DNA of 64,000 nucleotides from a virus (IMGVR_UViG_3300017780_003104:147725-211724); one strand, 5' to 3'. Counted from the stretch's first letter, positions 1 to 7,958 are shown. The notes: generated from the sequence alone by a model not told the origin. Numbers and translations: made by a program.

Positions 1-106
1 TTCAATCGTTTGGAACAACGCGCATTGAAATACTTTAAGGATATTGATCCTGCTAAGGTTAAGCTTTGCCCATCCAATATCGAAAGTCCTTATCTTGAAA
101 ATTAAT

Positions 107-355
107 ATGAAATATCTAATTATACTGGTAATCGGAATCGTTTCACTATCATGCACTGATGCTGAACGTTCAAAGATTGGTGGATATGGTGATAAGTTTA
201 AGGTAGAAATGTATTCCGGTGGTCAAAAGGTTCGTGAATGGACTTCCAGTGGAAAAGTATTATCAGAAAATGGTTCTGATGGTTACTATTTTAATGATAA
301 TGAAACCGGAAAACTCATTGAAGTTAGTGGTGATGTAGTTATCACTAAACTGTAA
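107..355 (+). CDS. small lipoprotein
   Basis: ATG at 107; hydrophobic signal ending in lipobox SLS-C. Confidence 0.6.
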   Translation: MKYLIILVIGIVSLSCTDAERSKIGGYGDKFKVEMYSGGQKVREWTSSGKVLSENGSDGYYFNDNETGKLIEVSGDVVITKL

Positions 356-380
356 ACAAAACATCTTTTACATTATAAAT

Positions 381-697
381 ATCCGGTGTTCGAATCATCG
401 GTCTTGGAAGGCCCGCCTACCTAACAGGGCTGATAGCTTAATGGAAACTAAAAGCGTTATAATGTGAAAACTCAGTGGATAGGTTGTAACATCCCACTTT
501 TTAAGTAGAAAACAGAAGTGTAAGCTGTAAATGATTCCACAAATATTCTAGATGATAAGTTGTGGATGTGTTCTCACCTATTGGCTCATAACTGATAGAA
601 CTAGTGGGGTTGGAGTAACGACCAACTACTTAATCTTGTATAGAGAGTAAGAATCTTTTTCATGCGGAGTTTTCGGTCCCGTTCTTATAACCGATAC
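381..697 (+). ncRNA. candidate structured ncRNA upstream of Thg1
   Basis: ORF-free 350-nt gap; TATAAA at 374-379; T-arm-like cggtg-TTCGAAT-catcg; tRNA-5'-like gggctgatagcttaatgg; atcggt(397-402)/accgat(690-695); several hairpins. Confidence 0.4.
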
Positions 698-708
698 ATT
701 TTAATATT

Positions 709-1506
709 ATGAATAACAAAGACGGACTAGGAGACAGAATAAAAAATTACGAAAGTATTTCAGAGCATTACTTTCTACCAAAGACTCCGATTATTATTCG
801 CGTTGATGGTAAAAGTTTTCATACGTGGACTAAAGGTTGTCAAAGACCTTTCGATCAAACGCTGATCACTTGTATGTTTGAGTCTGCTAAAGAAGTAGCT
901 AAACAAATGCAAGGTTGTAAAGCTTTGTATGCTCAATCGGATGAAGTAACATTTGTTCTTACTGATGATACTACTCTTGATTCACAACAATGGTTTGGCG
1001 GTAGACAGAACAAGATTGAAAGTGTTACTGCTGCAATGATGACAGCATACTTTAATAAGAATTGGTTACATTCTGTTCCTAGACATATGGTTGATTATGA
1101 TTTTCACGTAGATTACACCCCCGCTATCTTTGATGCCCGTGCTTTTCAATGTCCTAAAGATGATGTTGCTAATGTCTTTCTATGGAGAGTAAAGGATTGG
1201 GAACGTAATAGTCTCAATATGTATTGTGAACAGTTCTTCTCTCATAAGGAACTGCAAGGTCAAGGTCGTGCTGATAGACATGAAATGCTTCATAAGATTG
1301 GACATAATTGGGCTACTGAATGCACCGATCAACAAAAGAATGGTTCGTGGTATTCTCCGGGAAAACCTGATAAGTTCAACCTCACTAATTACTATGATAT
1401 CGATGATTATATCTTTCGTGACGGTATTGCTTATGTAATGTCAAAGAAGATGCAATCAGAGGATTTAAGTTGGATGAGTAAAATGATTGTAAAGAGAATG
1501 GGTTAA
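709..1506 (+). CDS. thg1: tRNA-His guanylyltransferase (Thg1/TLP family 3'-5' polymerase)
   Basis: IRVDGKSFH, YAQSDEVT, WFGGRQNKIES and FDARAF motifs. Confidence 0.92.
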   Translation: MNNKDGLGDRIKNYESISEHYFLPKTPIIIRVDGKSFHTWTKGCQRPFDQTLITCMFESAKEVAKQMQGCKALYAQSDEVTFVLTDDTTLDSQQWFGGRQNKIESVTAAMMTAYFNKNWLHSVPRHMVDYDFHVDYTPAIFDARAFQCPKDDVANVFLWRVKDWERNSLNMYCEQFFSHKELQGQGRADRHEMLHKIGHNWATECTDQQKNGSWYSPGKPDKFNLTNYYDIDDYIFRDGIAYVMSKKMQSEDLSWMSKMIVKRMG

Positions 1507-1535
1507 TGAATCATTAATCAAAATATAATAGCGAT

Positions 1536-1823
1536 ATGATGACAATAAAATTGGATACAAGTATTTTAGATAAATTTCTCGAATACTTCGAAAACGATAA
1601 TAAGTTCATCGAATGTAACTTCAATTTTCAAATCTCTGGGAAAGATGATGGTGAGGATTTCATGTTGAATGATTCCGCGTCATTTATTAAAGATAGTAAT
1701 GGGAACCTTCAGGTTTCTTATAATGGGCAACTATACAACCTACAGTTTTGGCTTGATGGTTGGGATTATGACGATGCTAATATTGACGCTATCTATATCA
1801 CAACTATAACTAAAAGATATTAA
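1536..1823 (+). CDS. hypothetical protein
   Basis: ORF track; in gene-dense context. Confidence 0.6.
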   Translation: MMTIKLDTSILDKFLEYFENDNKFIECNFNFQISGKDDGEDFMLNDSASFIKDSNGNLQVSYNGQLYNLQFWLDGWDYDDANIDAIYITTITKRY

Positions 1824-1847
1824 TTAAAATCAAAATACCATACTGGT

Positions 1848-2048
1848 ATGGAACACGACGAATTTATCAGTCAGTTGAAAGAAAAGTTCTACAATAAGAA
1901 TACTTGGCTTAAACCATCATATGCTTTACAAGATGCAGTTCTCGATACAATCAAATCATTTCTTCTGAAAAAGAATCTCGTTATTATATCTAGATCTGAT
2001 CTTTCTAAATTGGAAAATAAGGCAGCTAATATTCCTGAAAATTATTGA
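1848..2048 (+). CDS. hypothetical protein
   Basis: ATG 6 nt after promoter motif variant. Confidence 0.65.
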   Translation: MEHDEFISQLKEKFYNKNTWLKPSYALQDAVLDTIKSFLLKKNLVIISRSDLSKLENKAANIPENY

Positions 2049-2049
2049 T

Positions 2050-2226
2050 ATGAAAGTAACTGTTAAAAACTGTATCAAACGTCTCGAAAAAGAGAAAGAC
2101 CTTCTCGCTAAGAGACGAGATTCTATTAGAGAATATCTTGATGAACTTCAAGAACTTGATGATAATTGTAATAGTGCAATTGAAGATATTGAATGTGCTA
2201 TTGATAAACTAAGTGAACTTGTATGA
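2050..2226 (+). CDS. small coiled-coil protein (58 aa, not in ORF track)
   Basis: ATG..TGA read manually: MKVTVKNCIKRLEKEK...; TGA overlaps next ATG. Confidence 0.6.
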   Translation: MKVTVKNCIKRLEKEKDLLAKRRDSIREYLDELQELDDNCNSAIEDIECAIDKLSELV

Positions 2227-2879
2227 AAATTACTAAGAAAAAGGTAACTACTGTTACTGAGACTATTACCTATAACATTCATCCGAATGTTAGAATTATG
2301 GATGTTATTGTTAATGGTAAAGCTAGTCCAAGACAAATATTTAAGCATGGTAAGATCGTTAAAGATGGTGATTATACGGTTGATTTTTGGCCTATCTATG
2401 ATCCTGATTTAACATATCTTGAAGAAACTAATCCATTTTGGCGTCACAATAAAACAAAAGATTCTAAATGGTTTGAAGGTAATCCTCTTCCAGATGATGT
2501 GAATGATATTGATGTATCCAAGATCGTCTTTACAAGTGGTTATGATCATTCCTTTTGGACTGTAGACTTGGAACCAATTCCTGTAGTGTTTTATGGAGAC
2601 TATATTGATGCTGGTATTCGGTCGGGTAGGTTTGACCTTAAAAAATTACACAAACATCTTTCAAAACATAAACAAGTCAAAACCATTTCGGAAATAGAAA
2701 TGATCCCATGGTATAATAATGATGGTTCAGAGACATATTTCACTATAACAGTATTACCAACAGTTAAACAGTTAAAGGAATTGAAAAAAAATAAACAACG
2801 AAGAGGAGAGTTTTTCTACAAACCTTGGAATGAAACTGATTACTTGGGAGTGAAGAAGTTCTACATCGGAAAAGATTAA
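2223..2879 (+). CDS. hypothetical protein
   Basis: 218-aa ORF. Confidence 0.7.
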   Translation: MKITKKKVTTVTETITYNIHPNVRIMDVIVNGKASPRQIFKHGKIVKDGDYTVDFWPIYDPDLTYLEETNPFWRHNKTKDSKWFEGNPLPDDVNDIDVSKIVFTSGYDHSFWTVDLEPIPVVFYGDYIDAGIRSGRFDLKKLHKHLSKHKQVKTISEIEMIPWYNNDGSETYFTITVLPTVKQLKELKKNKQRRGEFFYKPWNETDYLGVKKFYIGKD

Positions 2880-2949
2880 TTAAAACCGAAATATAATTGC
2901 GACATCGAAAGTCGCTTGACAAATCAAAAAACTAAACTAAGATAAACAC

Positions 2950-4605
2950 ATGTTTGAGAATAAAAGAAACGCAGAAGTCGTGACTGTTAAATCAGTTACT
3001 CGTAAGGAAGTTAACGCATTCCTAAACAATGCTAAAGCAGAATCATCCAAGACTCGTTCTGGTAACGGGGCATTGAAATTCAGTTCAAGTGGTGATTCGT
3101 TTACCGATCAGTTTACTAAGGCTGGTAAGTATAAGGAACCTCGTAAGTTCTCTCAAATCGCACAAGATTGTGAAATGTTGTGGGGTGAAGACCCTCTCAA
3201 GTGTGTGAAGTTCGCATTGTTTCTTCGTACTATTCCTCGCGTAGTTAATCTTCCTGATGGAAGTAAGACTGAACTTCCTCAAAAGGGAACCGAGTTGAAG
3301 CATGAAGCAATTATGCGTATGCTTTGGTTGAGTGATAAGTCTCCTCAAGCATTCTGGAATAACATTCTATTGTTTGTTTCTCTTGGATCTTGGCACGATG
3401 TTTTCACTATGCTTCAATATGATCTTAGCTACAACGGTTGGAATAATCGTAAGCTTGATTGGGATAAGTTTGGTGAGTTGATTCTTGCTGGTCTTAACAA
3501 TAAGAACACCTGTGATCTTATTAAGAAGTATCTTCCTCAAATCAAGTCTCGTAGTCAAGCTACGACTATTGATGCTCAATCCAACAATGCTATTGCTAAG
3601 TGGATTTGCTCTCTAGTCTTTGGTAACAAGGAAAGCGCATCTTCATACAAGGCTTATCGTAAGATCAAGACTAGTGGAACCGCGCATGATTGGCAAAAGC
3701 TTATCTCCCAAAAGAGAATGAGTGAATTGGATTTCAATAAAATTCATGGTCGTGCTCTATCAATTCTTGTTAAGAGTAAGTTCTTAAAGAACCAAGGACT
3801 TAGCGATAAGTATGCATCTTGGATTACTGCACCTACCACCAAGGAAGTTAAGTATACTGGATTCGTCCATGAACTCTTCGAAGGTAACTGGAAGAACGAT
3901 AAGAACAACGAAGCAACTATCAATAAGCAATTCGATACTCTTGTTCAAAAGGCAAGAACTAATGAAGTTACTGATTTGATTGTCGTTCGTGATACTTCTG
4001 GATCGATGTCTTCAATTTGTCCCGGCACTAAGTCTTCATGTCTTGATGTTGGAAAGGCAATCGCTCTATACTTTAGTGAATTCCTTCAAGGAACCTTTGC
4101 GGGTCATTGGATTGAATTCAACTCTGATGCTAAACTTCAAAAATGGGTTGGTCAAACTCCCGTTGATAAGTGGAAGAATGATAAGTCAAGCTTTTATGGT
4201 GGAACTAACTTTCAAAGTGTTGTTAATCTTCTCGCTAAGATGAAGAAAGAGGGAACACCTGAAAGTGATTTCCCTAGCGGTATCCTTTGCATTTCCGATG
4301 CAGAATTCAATCCTACTTCATTAGGTAAAACTAATGTTGAGACTGCGTTGACTACTCTTCGTAATGCTGGATTCTCCAAGGCTTATGTTGATAACTTTGT
4401 GATTATTCTTTGGAACCTTCAAAATAGTTATTATGGTAAAGGGTCTGGTGAAAAGTTTGAGACTGGTAAAGAAGTAAACAACGTTTACTATCTGGGTGGG
4501 TATAGTGCCTCCGCAGTTAGTTTCCTTTCAGCTAAGATCAAGACAACCTATGATCTAATCAACGAGTGTCTTAATCAGGAAGTTTTGAATATGGTTGAGA
4601 TTTAA
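2950..4605 (+). CDS. DUF2828-like TROVE/Ro60-related protein with C-terminal vWA domain
   Basis: N-terminal SGNGALKFSSSGD...WGEDPLKCVKFALFLR; vWA MIDAS VRDTSGSMS, GGTNF, CISDAEF, ILWNL; 551 aa, Ro60-like size. Confidence 0.75.
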   Translation: MFENKRNAEVVTVKSVTRKEVNAFLNNAKAESSKTRSGNGALKFSSSGDSFTDQFTKAGKYKEPRKFSQIAQDCEMLWGEDPLKCVKFALFLRTIPRVVNLPDGSKTELPQKGTELKHEAIMRMLWLSDKSPQAFWNNILLFVSLGSWHDVFTMLQYDLSYNGWNNRKLDWDKFGELILAGLNNKNTCDLIKKYLPQIKSRSQATTIDAQSNNAIAKWICSLVFGNKESASSYKAYRKIKTSGTAHDWQKLISQKRMSELDFNKIHGRALSILVKSKFLKNQGLSDKYASWITAPTTKEVKYTGFVHELFEGNWKNDKNNEATINKQFDTLVQKARTNEVTDLIVVRDTSGSMSSICPGTKSSCLDVGKAIALYFSEFLQGTFAGHWIEFNSDAKLQKWVGQTPVDKWKNDKSSFYGGTNFQSVVNLLAKMKKEGTPESDFPSGILCISDAEFNPTSLGKTNVETALTTLRNAGFSKAYVDNFVIILWNLQNSYYGKGSGEKFETGKEVNNVYYLGGYSASAVSFLSAKIKTTYDLINECLNQEVLNMVEI

Positions 4606-4750
4606 ATATCTTAAACTTTCTATCTAAAAAGAGAGTGGAGTCTTTGTAAATAAAGTTTCCGATGCGACCAACTTTATCTAGAATCAATAGACAAGCCGAC
4701 TGATTTGGAAAAATTTACAATGACAATAATAACAGCAAAATTAGAAGAGG

Positions 4751-4779
4751 TTGACAAATCTAAATTTCATGATTAAATA
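4751..4779 (+). promoter_or_regulatory. sigma70-like promoter upstream of RNA array
   Basis: TTGACA at 4751-4756 followed by AT-rich -10 region (TGATTAAATA). Confidence 0.5.
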
Positions 4780-5189
4780 AAGATCCGATGAGGTTTCGGT
4801 AGCTTCCTATGGCGAACAAATAAAACTACCAATAAGATTGCTTCAGCAAATATATTTTTATTTAAGGAAAAACAAAAGCAATCTGATAAGAGGACAAACT
4901 ACAAATACAAAAAATCAAACGTCCTCTGATAAGAATAAGTAACAGCAAAAACAATAAAAAATAAAAGCAAATATGCTAAACGATGAAAGTCGTCCGGGTA
5001 TCCTCACCATATTAGAGGTTGTAATATGGAGCTTAGAAGGGAGTCAATCTTAACTTATTCTGATAAAGTCATAAACTGCAAATAAAAATACTATTATGCA
5101 AAATAGCCTGTCGGTGGGTCCGAGGTAACTAAAACGGTTCGATTCCGTATCTATGACTTGCATAAAATCTCTTCAGCAAATAACGGAAC

Positions 5190-5272
5190 GTAAAACTCCC
5201 ATACGTGTGGTTCAAATCCCGCTGCTCACACTTTATTAAAAAGTGGGTATAGCCAAGTGGTAAGGCAGGAGT
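5190..5272 (+). ncRNA. circularly permuted tRNA-like module (YrlA-like), unit 5
   Basis: 3' half (actcc, T-arm TTCAAAT, tgctcac) precedes 5' half (gtgggta, D-arm gccaagtggtaaggc, ggagt). Confidence 0.85.
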
Positions 5273-5324
5273 CCAAAAACAATGAGATTTAATAGAAATA
5301 CTCCAGCAAATAACGCAACAAGGA

Positions 5325-5403
5325 ACCGTGTGTCGAACGTTCGATTCGTTCTCTCCCACCATATAAGTAAAATGGGAGGTAGCTCAGTTGGTAGAGCAAC
5401 GGT
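5325..5403 (+). ncRNA. circularly permuted tRNA-like module (Phe-like body), unit 6
   Basis: accgt-gtgtc-gaacg TTCGATT cgttc-tctccca-CCA, linker, then tgggagg-ta-gctcagttggtagagc-a-acggt. Confidence 0.88.
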
Positions 5404-5738
5404 AAGCAAAAAACATAGTATTTCGATAGGATTATATTCAGCAAATATACTACTCAACTGTTAATTGAAAAAAGTAAAAGTAATCCGATAAGAATTTCAG
5501 CAGCATAATATCGTAACTATAACGACTCTAAGGTAGCTTAGGTTTGGGAAACCAATACGGCGATGGTAGATAGGTAAACTAAGTTCTTTATAGAATATGT
5601 AAACCCTACGGGACGAACGATTGAATATTTATATATTCTTTAATGTGTCAGTGAAAGATGAAATTCTGATAAAATTAGCAACAGCAAACCAAACAAAAAT
5701 TTGACTTTTAATCAAACAATAAAATGCTAATTTGATAC

Positions 5739-6017
5739 ATGGAAATATTTTATATCATAACACTATCATTCATATTGAATGTATTATGGTCAATGATGGG
5801 TAGAGCTAGAAATAGAAACAACCTCATTTATCATGGTGTATTAGTATTTCTATCAAATCTATTATGGATTCTTTTTATGAAAAAGTTAATGACTTCCGAT
5901 ACGGAATCTTTAATATATGGAAGTATTGGTGGGACTATTGGTGCCATTTGTGGACAACCATTATCAATGTTTATTGAACGTGTGTTGAATGCTAAGAGTG
6001 ATGATCACATAGAATAA
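5739..6017 (+). CDS. small membrane protein
   Basis: 3 hydrophobic segments. Confidence 0.6.
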   Translation: MEIFYIITLSFILNVLWSMMGRARNRNNLIYHGVLVFLSNLLWILFMKKLMTSDTESLIYGSIGGTIGAICGQPLSMFIERVLNAKSDDHIE

Positions 6018-6018
6018 T

Positions 6019-6318
6019 ATGGAAGACTACTGGACAAAAAATAATCTAATCAAACCCGCATCAAGGATCGTATGTGCTGCTAATAGGCATAAAGAATCTG
6101 GTAGGATTGTCTGTGGTGCTCGTCATTGGGATAATGTAATGCGTTCACAAAAACTTGAATCAGAAACCTTTAATAATTGGGATCAAGGATTCATCAATCA
6201 ATTTGGTGAATGGTTGAATAGAGAAGAAGCGTGGGTAATTGCCGAAGAGCAGGGACAGATTAGAAATCTTTGTTACGACAAACAGACGGGTTACTTATTC
6301 AGCGAAAATTTATACTAA
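6019..6318 (+). CDS. conserved phage hypothetical protein
   Basis: IVCAA..IVCGARH..QGFINQFG..REEA..LFSENLY pattern common in large phages. Confidence 0.7.
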   Translation: MEDYWTKNNLIKPASRIVCAANRHKESGRIVCGARHWDNVMRSQKLESETFNNWDQGFINQFGEWLNREEAWVIAEEQGQIRNLCYDKQTGYLFSENLY

Positions 6319-6655
6319 GATGGAAGAATATTATGTATTTATAACACCCGACAATGTAATATGGGGGGTGGGACTTTCTAAGAAAGAAACAGTAGAGGAT
6401 GCTCTTAAAAATATTAATGATTATCCCGATTGGGATTCTAAGCCAAAGAGTGGTAAGATTGTGAGAGCTACATATGAACTAGCATGGGAAATCTGGGATA
6501 ATGGATTCAATGAAGATGTGTGGGACTTAGAGAAGAATGGTGAAATGTGGTTAGCTATATTAAAGGATAATAATCCAGATGATCATTATACTCAACTTAC
6601 TATAAAGGAAACAAAACTAAAATACAATTAATTAAAACCGAACTATAATAACAAT

Positions 6656-7120
6656 ATGAAGAACATGAACATCGCAACCGCATTGAAAGAGAAAAATCGA
6701 ATCACGGGACGCATTAGTGTATTGCAAGCACAAGTCTATAAGTTTAATACCTATACTAAAGGAGTTGATCAAGACTTCAATTCGAATGATCTTTTAGTAA
6801 AACTACAAGAAGAGTGGGCATTCCTAATTGATCTTAAGACTAAGATCACAAAGGCCAATGTTGGTATTACTGACAAGTTGGTGCGACTCACAGAATCCAA
6901 GGCTGAACTTTCCTTCTGGAATAGCTTTAGGAATACTGGATCAAGTGAGACTAAGAGTAATGAACGCAAGTATATTGACGGTGAGTGGGCATATGTTGAG
7001 GTTGCAACCGTCAATACCATCAATAGTAAAACCGTTCAAGAGAACGTTGATCGTGTTCAAAAGCAAATTGAAGATCTCCAAGATGAGATTGACAATTATA
7101 ACGGGACCACAAAGATTTAA
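6656..7120 (+). CDS. DIP1984/DUF6847-like helical-bundle protein
   Basis: NIATALKEKNR..LIDLKTKITKAN..LQDEIDNYN pattern; promoter 6 nt upstream. Confidence 0.6.
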   Translation: MKNMNIATALKEKNRITGRISVLQAQVYKFNTYTKGVDQDFNSNDLLVKLQEEWAFLIDLKTKITKANVGITDKLVRLTESKAELSFWNSFRNTGSSETKSNERKYIDGEWAYVEVATVNTINSKTVQENVDRVQKQIEDLQDEIDNYNGTTKI

Positions 7121-7126
7121 ACAATT

Positions 7127-7410
7127 TGGATAGTCCGATCTGTAGTAAGTGAAAGAGGGCGCGACCCCCTCAATTGGGGCTTAGTCAGTCGTAGGATGAC
7201 AACCTACCTATCCATAATAATTTCCGGGAGTAAGTAAGGACATTCAACATTTAGTGATTTCACTAAAACACCGAACTTTGATAATGTTACTGATAATATT
7301 TCCTATTTTCGAATAGGAATAAAACTTAAGGTTTAAAACTTAGTAGTTTAAAATTCAAACATTAAAGTTTAAAATTTAGTTATGTTGAATAGAAGCTATT
7401 GAAACCGGAA
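7127..7410 (+). ncRNA. candidate structured ncRNA with heptamer tandem repeat
   Basis: tggatag/ctatcca, ttccgg/ccggaa, attcaacat/atgttgaat, UUCG hairpin ttcctatt-ttcg-aataggaa; 8 x ~7-nt repeats at 7322-7378. Confidence 0.65.
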
Positions 7411-7448
7411 TCCATTTTTTATAATAAACTTAAAATACTGATAAATTT

Positions 7449-7958
7449 ATGAAAACTACAACTTTTAATTGGGATGATGATACTATTGATTCCCGTGATA
7501 TTATTGAACGACATGAGGAACTACAAGAAGAATTCGATTCTCTTGTAGAAGCCTTGGAAGAGGCAGAATCAGACTTCAGATTTGTGAATGATAGTGATGA
7601 ATCATCACTATATGAATATCAAGATGCTGAGAATACCATTAGCTTGGCTCAAGATGCTATTGAAGATTTCAATCTATCAGATAATAGGGAGGAACTCGAT
7701 TTATTGAATAAAGTGATCGCTCAAGGTGAGGATTCTCCTGATTGGCATCATGGCGAAACTCTTATTCATGAATCGTACTTCACAGAATACATTAAGAATT
7801 TGATCGTTGATTGTTATGATTTCCCATCCGAATTAACTGATGGGAAATGGCCGTTTAACCACCTAAATTTCGACTTTGAAGGAGCGGCAGAAGAAGCTAA
7901 AGTGGATTATTCTACTATTGAAGCTGGTGGAGAAACTTATTATATTAGAAGCGTTTGA
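7449..7958 (+). CDS. acidic conserved phage protein
   Basis: 169 aa, D/E-rich; TLIHESYFTEY..WPFNHL pattern. Confidence 0.7.
   Translation: MKTTTFNWDDDTIDSRDIIERHEELQEEFDSLVEALEEAESDFRFVNDSDESSLYEYQDAENTISLAQDAIEDFNLSDNREELDLLNKVIAQGEDSPDWHHGETLIHESYFTEYIKNLIVDCYDFPSELTDGKWPFNHLNFDFEGAAEEAKVDYSTIEAGGETYYIRSV

Larger units (their letters stand above)
4835..5737 (+). ncRNA. tandem array of 9 helix-closed RNA units (CAGCAAA-type motif, GATA linkers); Y-RNA-like
   Basis: Units 4835-4884, 4889-4927, 4932-5061, 5067-5158, 5165-5290, 5295-5424, 5429-5486, 5491-5667, 5672-5733; each has complementary 6-9 nt ends of unique sequence. Confidence 0.88.

Noticed and set aside
381-697. Group I/II intron, RNase P RNA or standard tmRNA
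   Set aside because: No recognisable P7/domain V, RNase P P4 motifs, or tmRNA tag and 3' end.
4730-4740. Extra array unit at taacagcaaaa
   Set aside because: Lies upstream of the TTGACA promoter and I found no closing helix or GATA linker; possibly a decayed unit.
4851-4877. Leu(UAA) anticodon loop in unit 1 (tttta-TTTAAGG-aaaaa)
   Set aside because: Only A-U pairs and a non-canonical loop; too weak to call.
5129-5464. ORFs 5129-5362, 5236-5457 and 5282-5464
   Set aside because: They overlap the structured RNA array, with no protein-like features; spurious.
5512-5537. rRNA gene fragment
   Set aside because: Only 26 nt match, with no flanking rRNA sequence; treated as an embedded mimic rather than an rRNA feature.
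4835-5737. CRISPR array or TIGR array
   Set aside because: No identical direct repeats or constant spacer length; units vary from about 39 to 177 nt and are defined by internal pairing. No cas or Nop-domain gene is adjacent, and there is no 36-nt box C/D periodicity.
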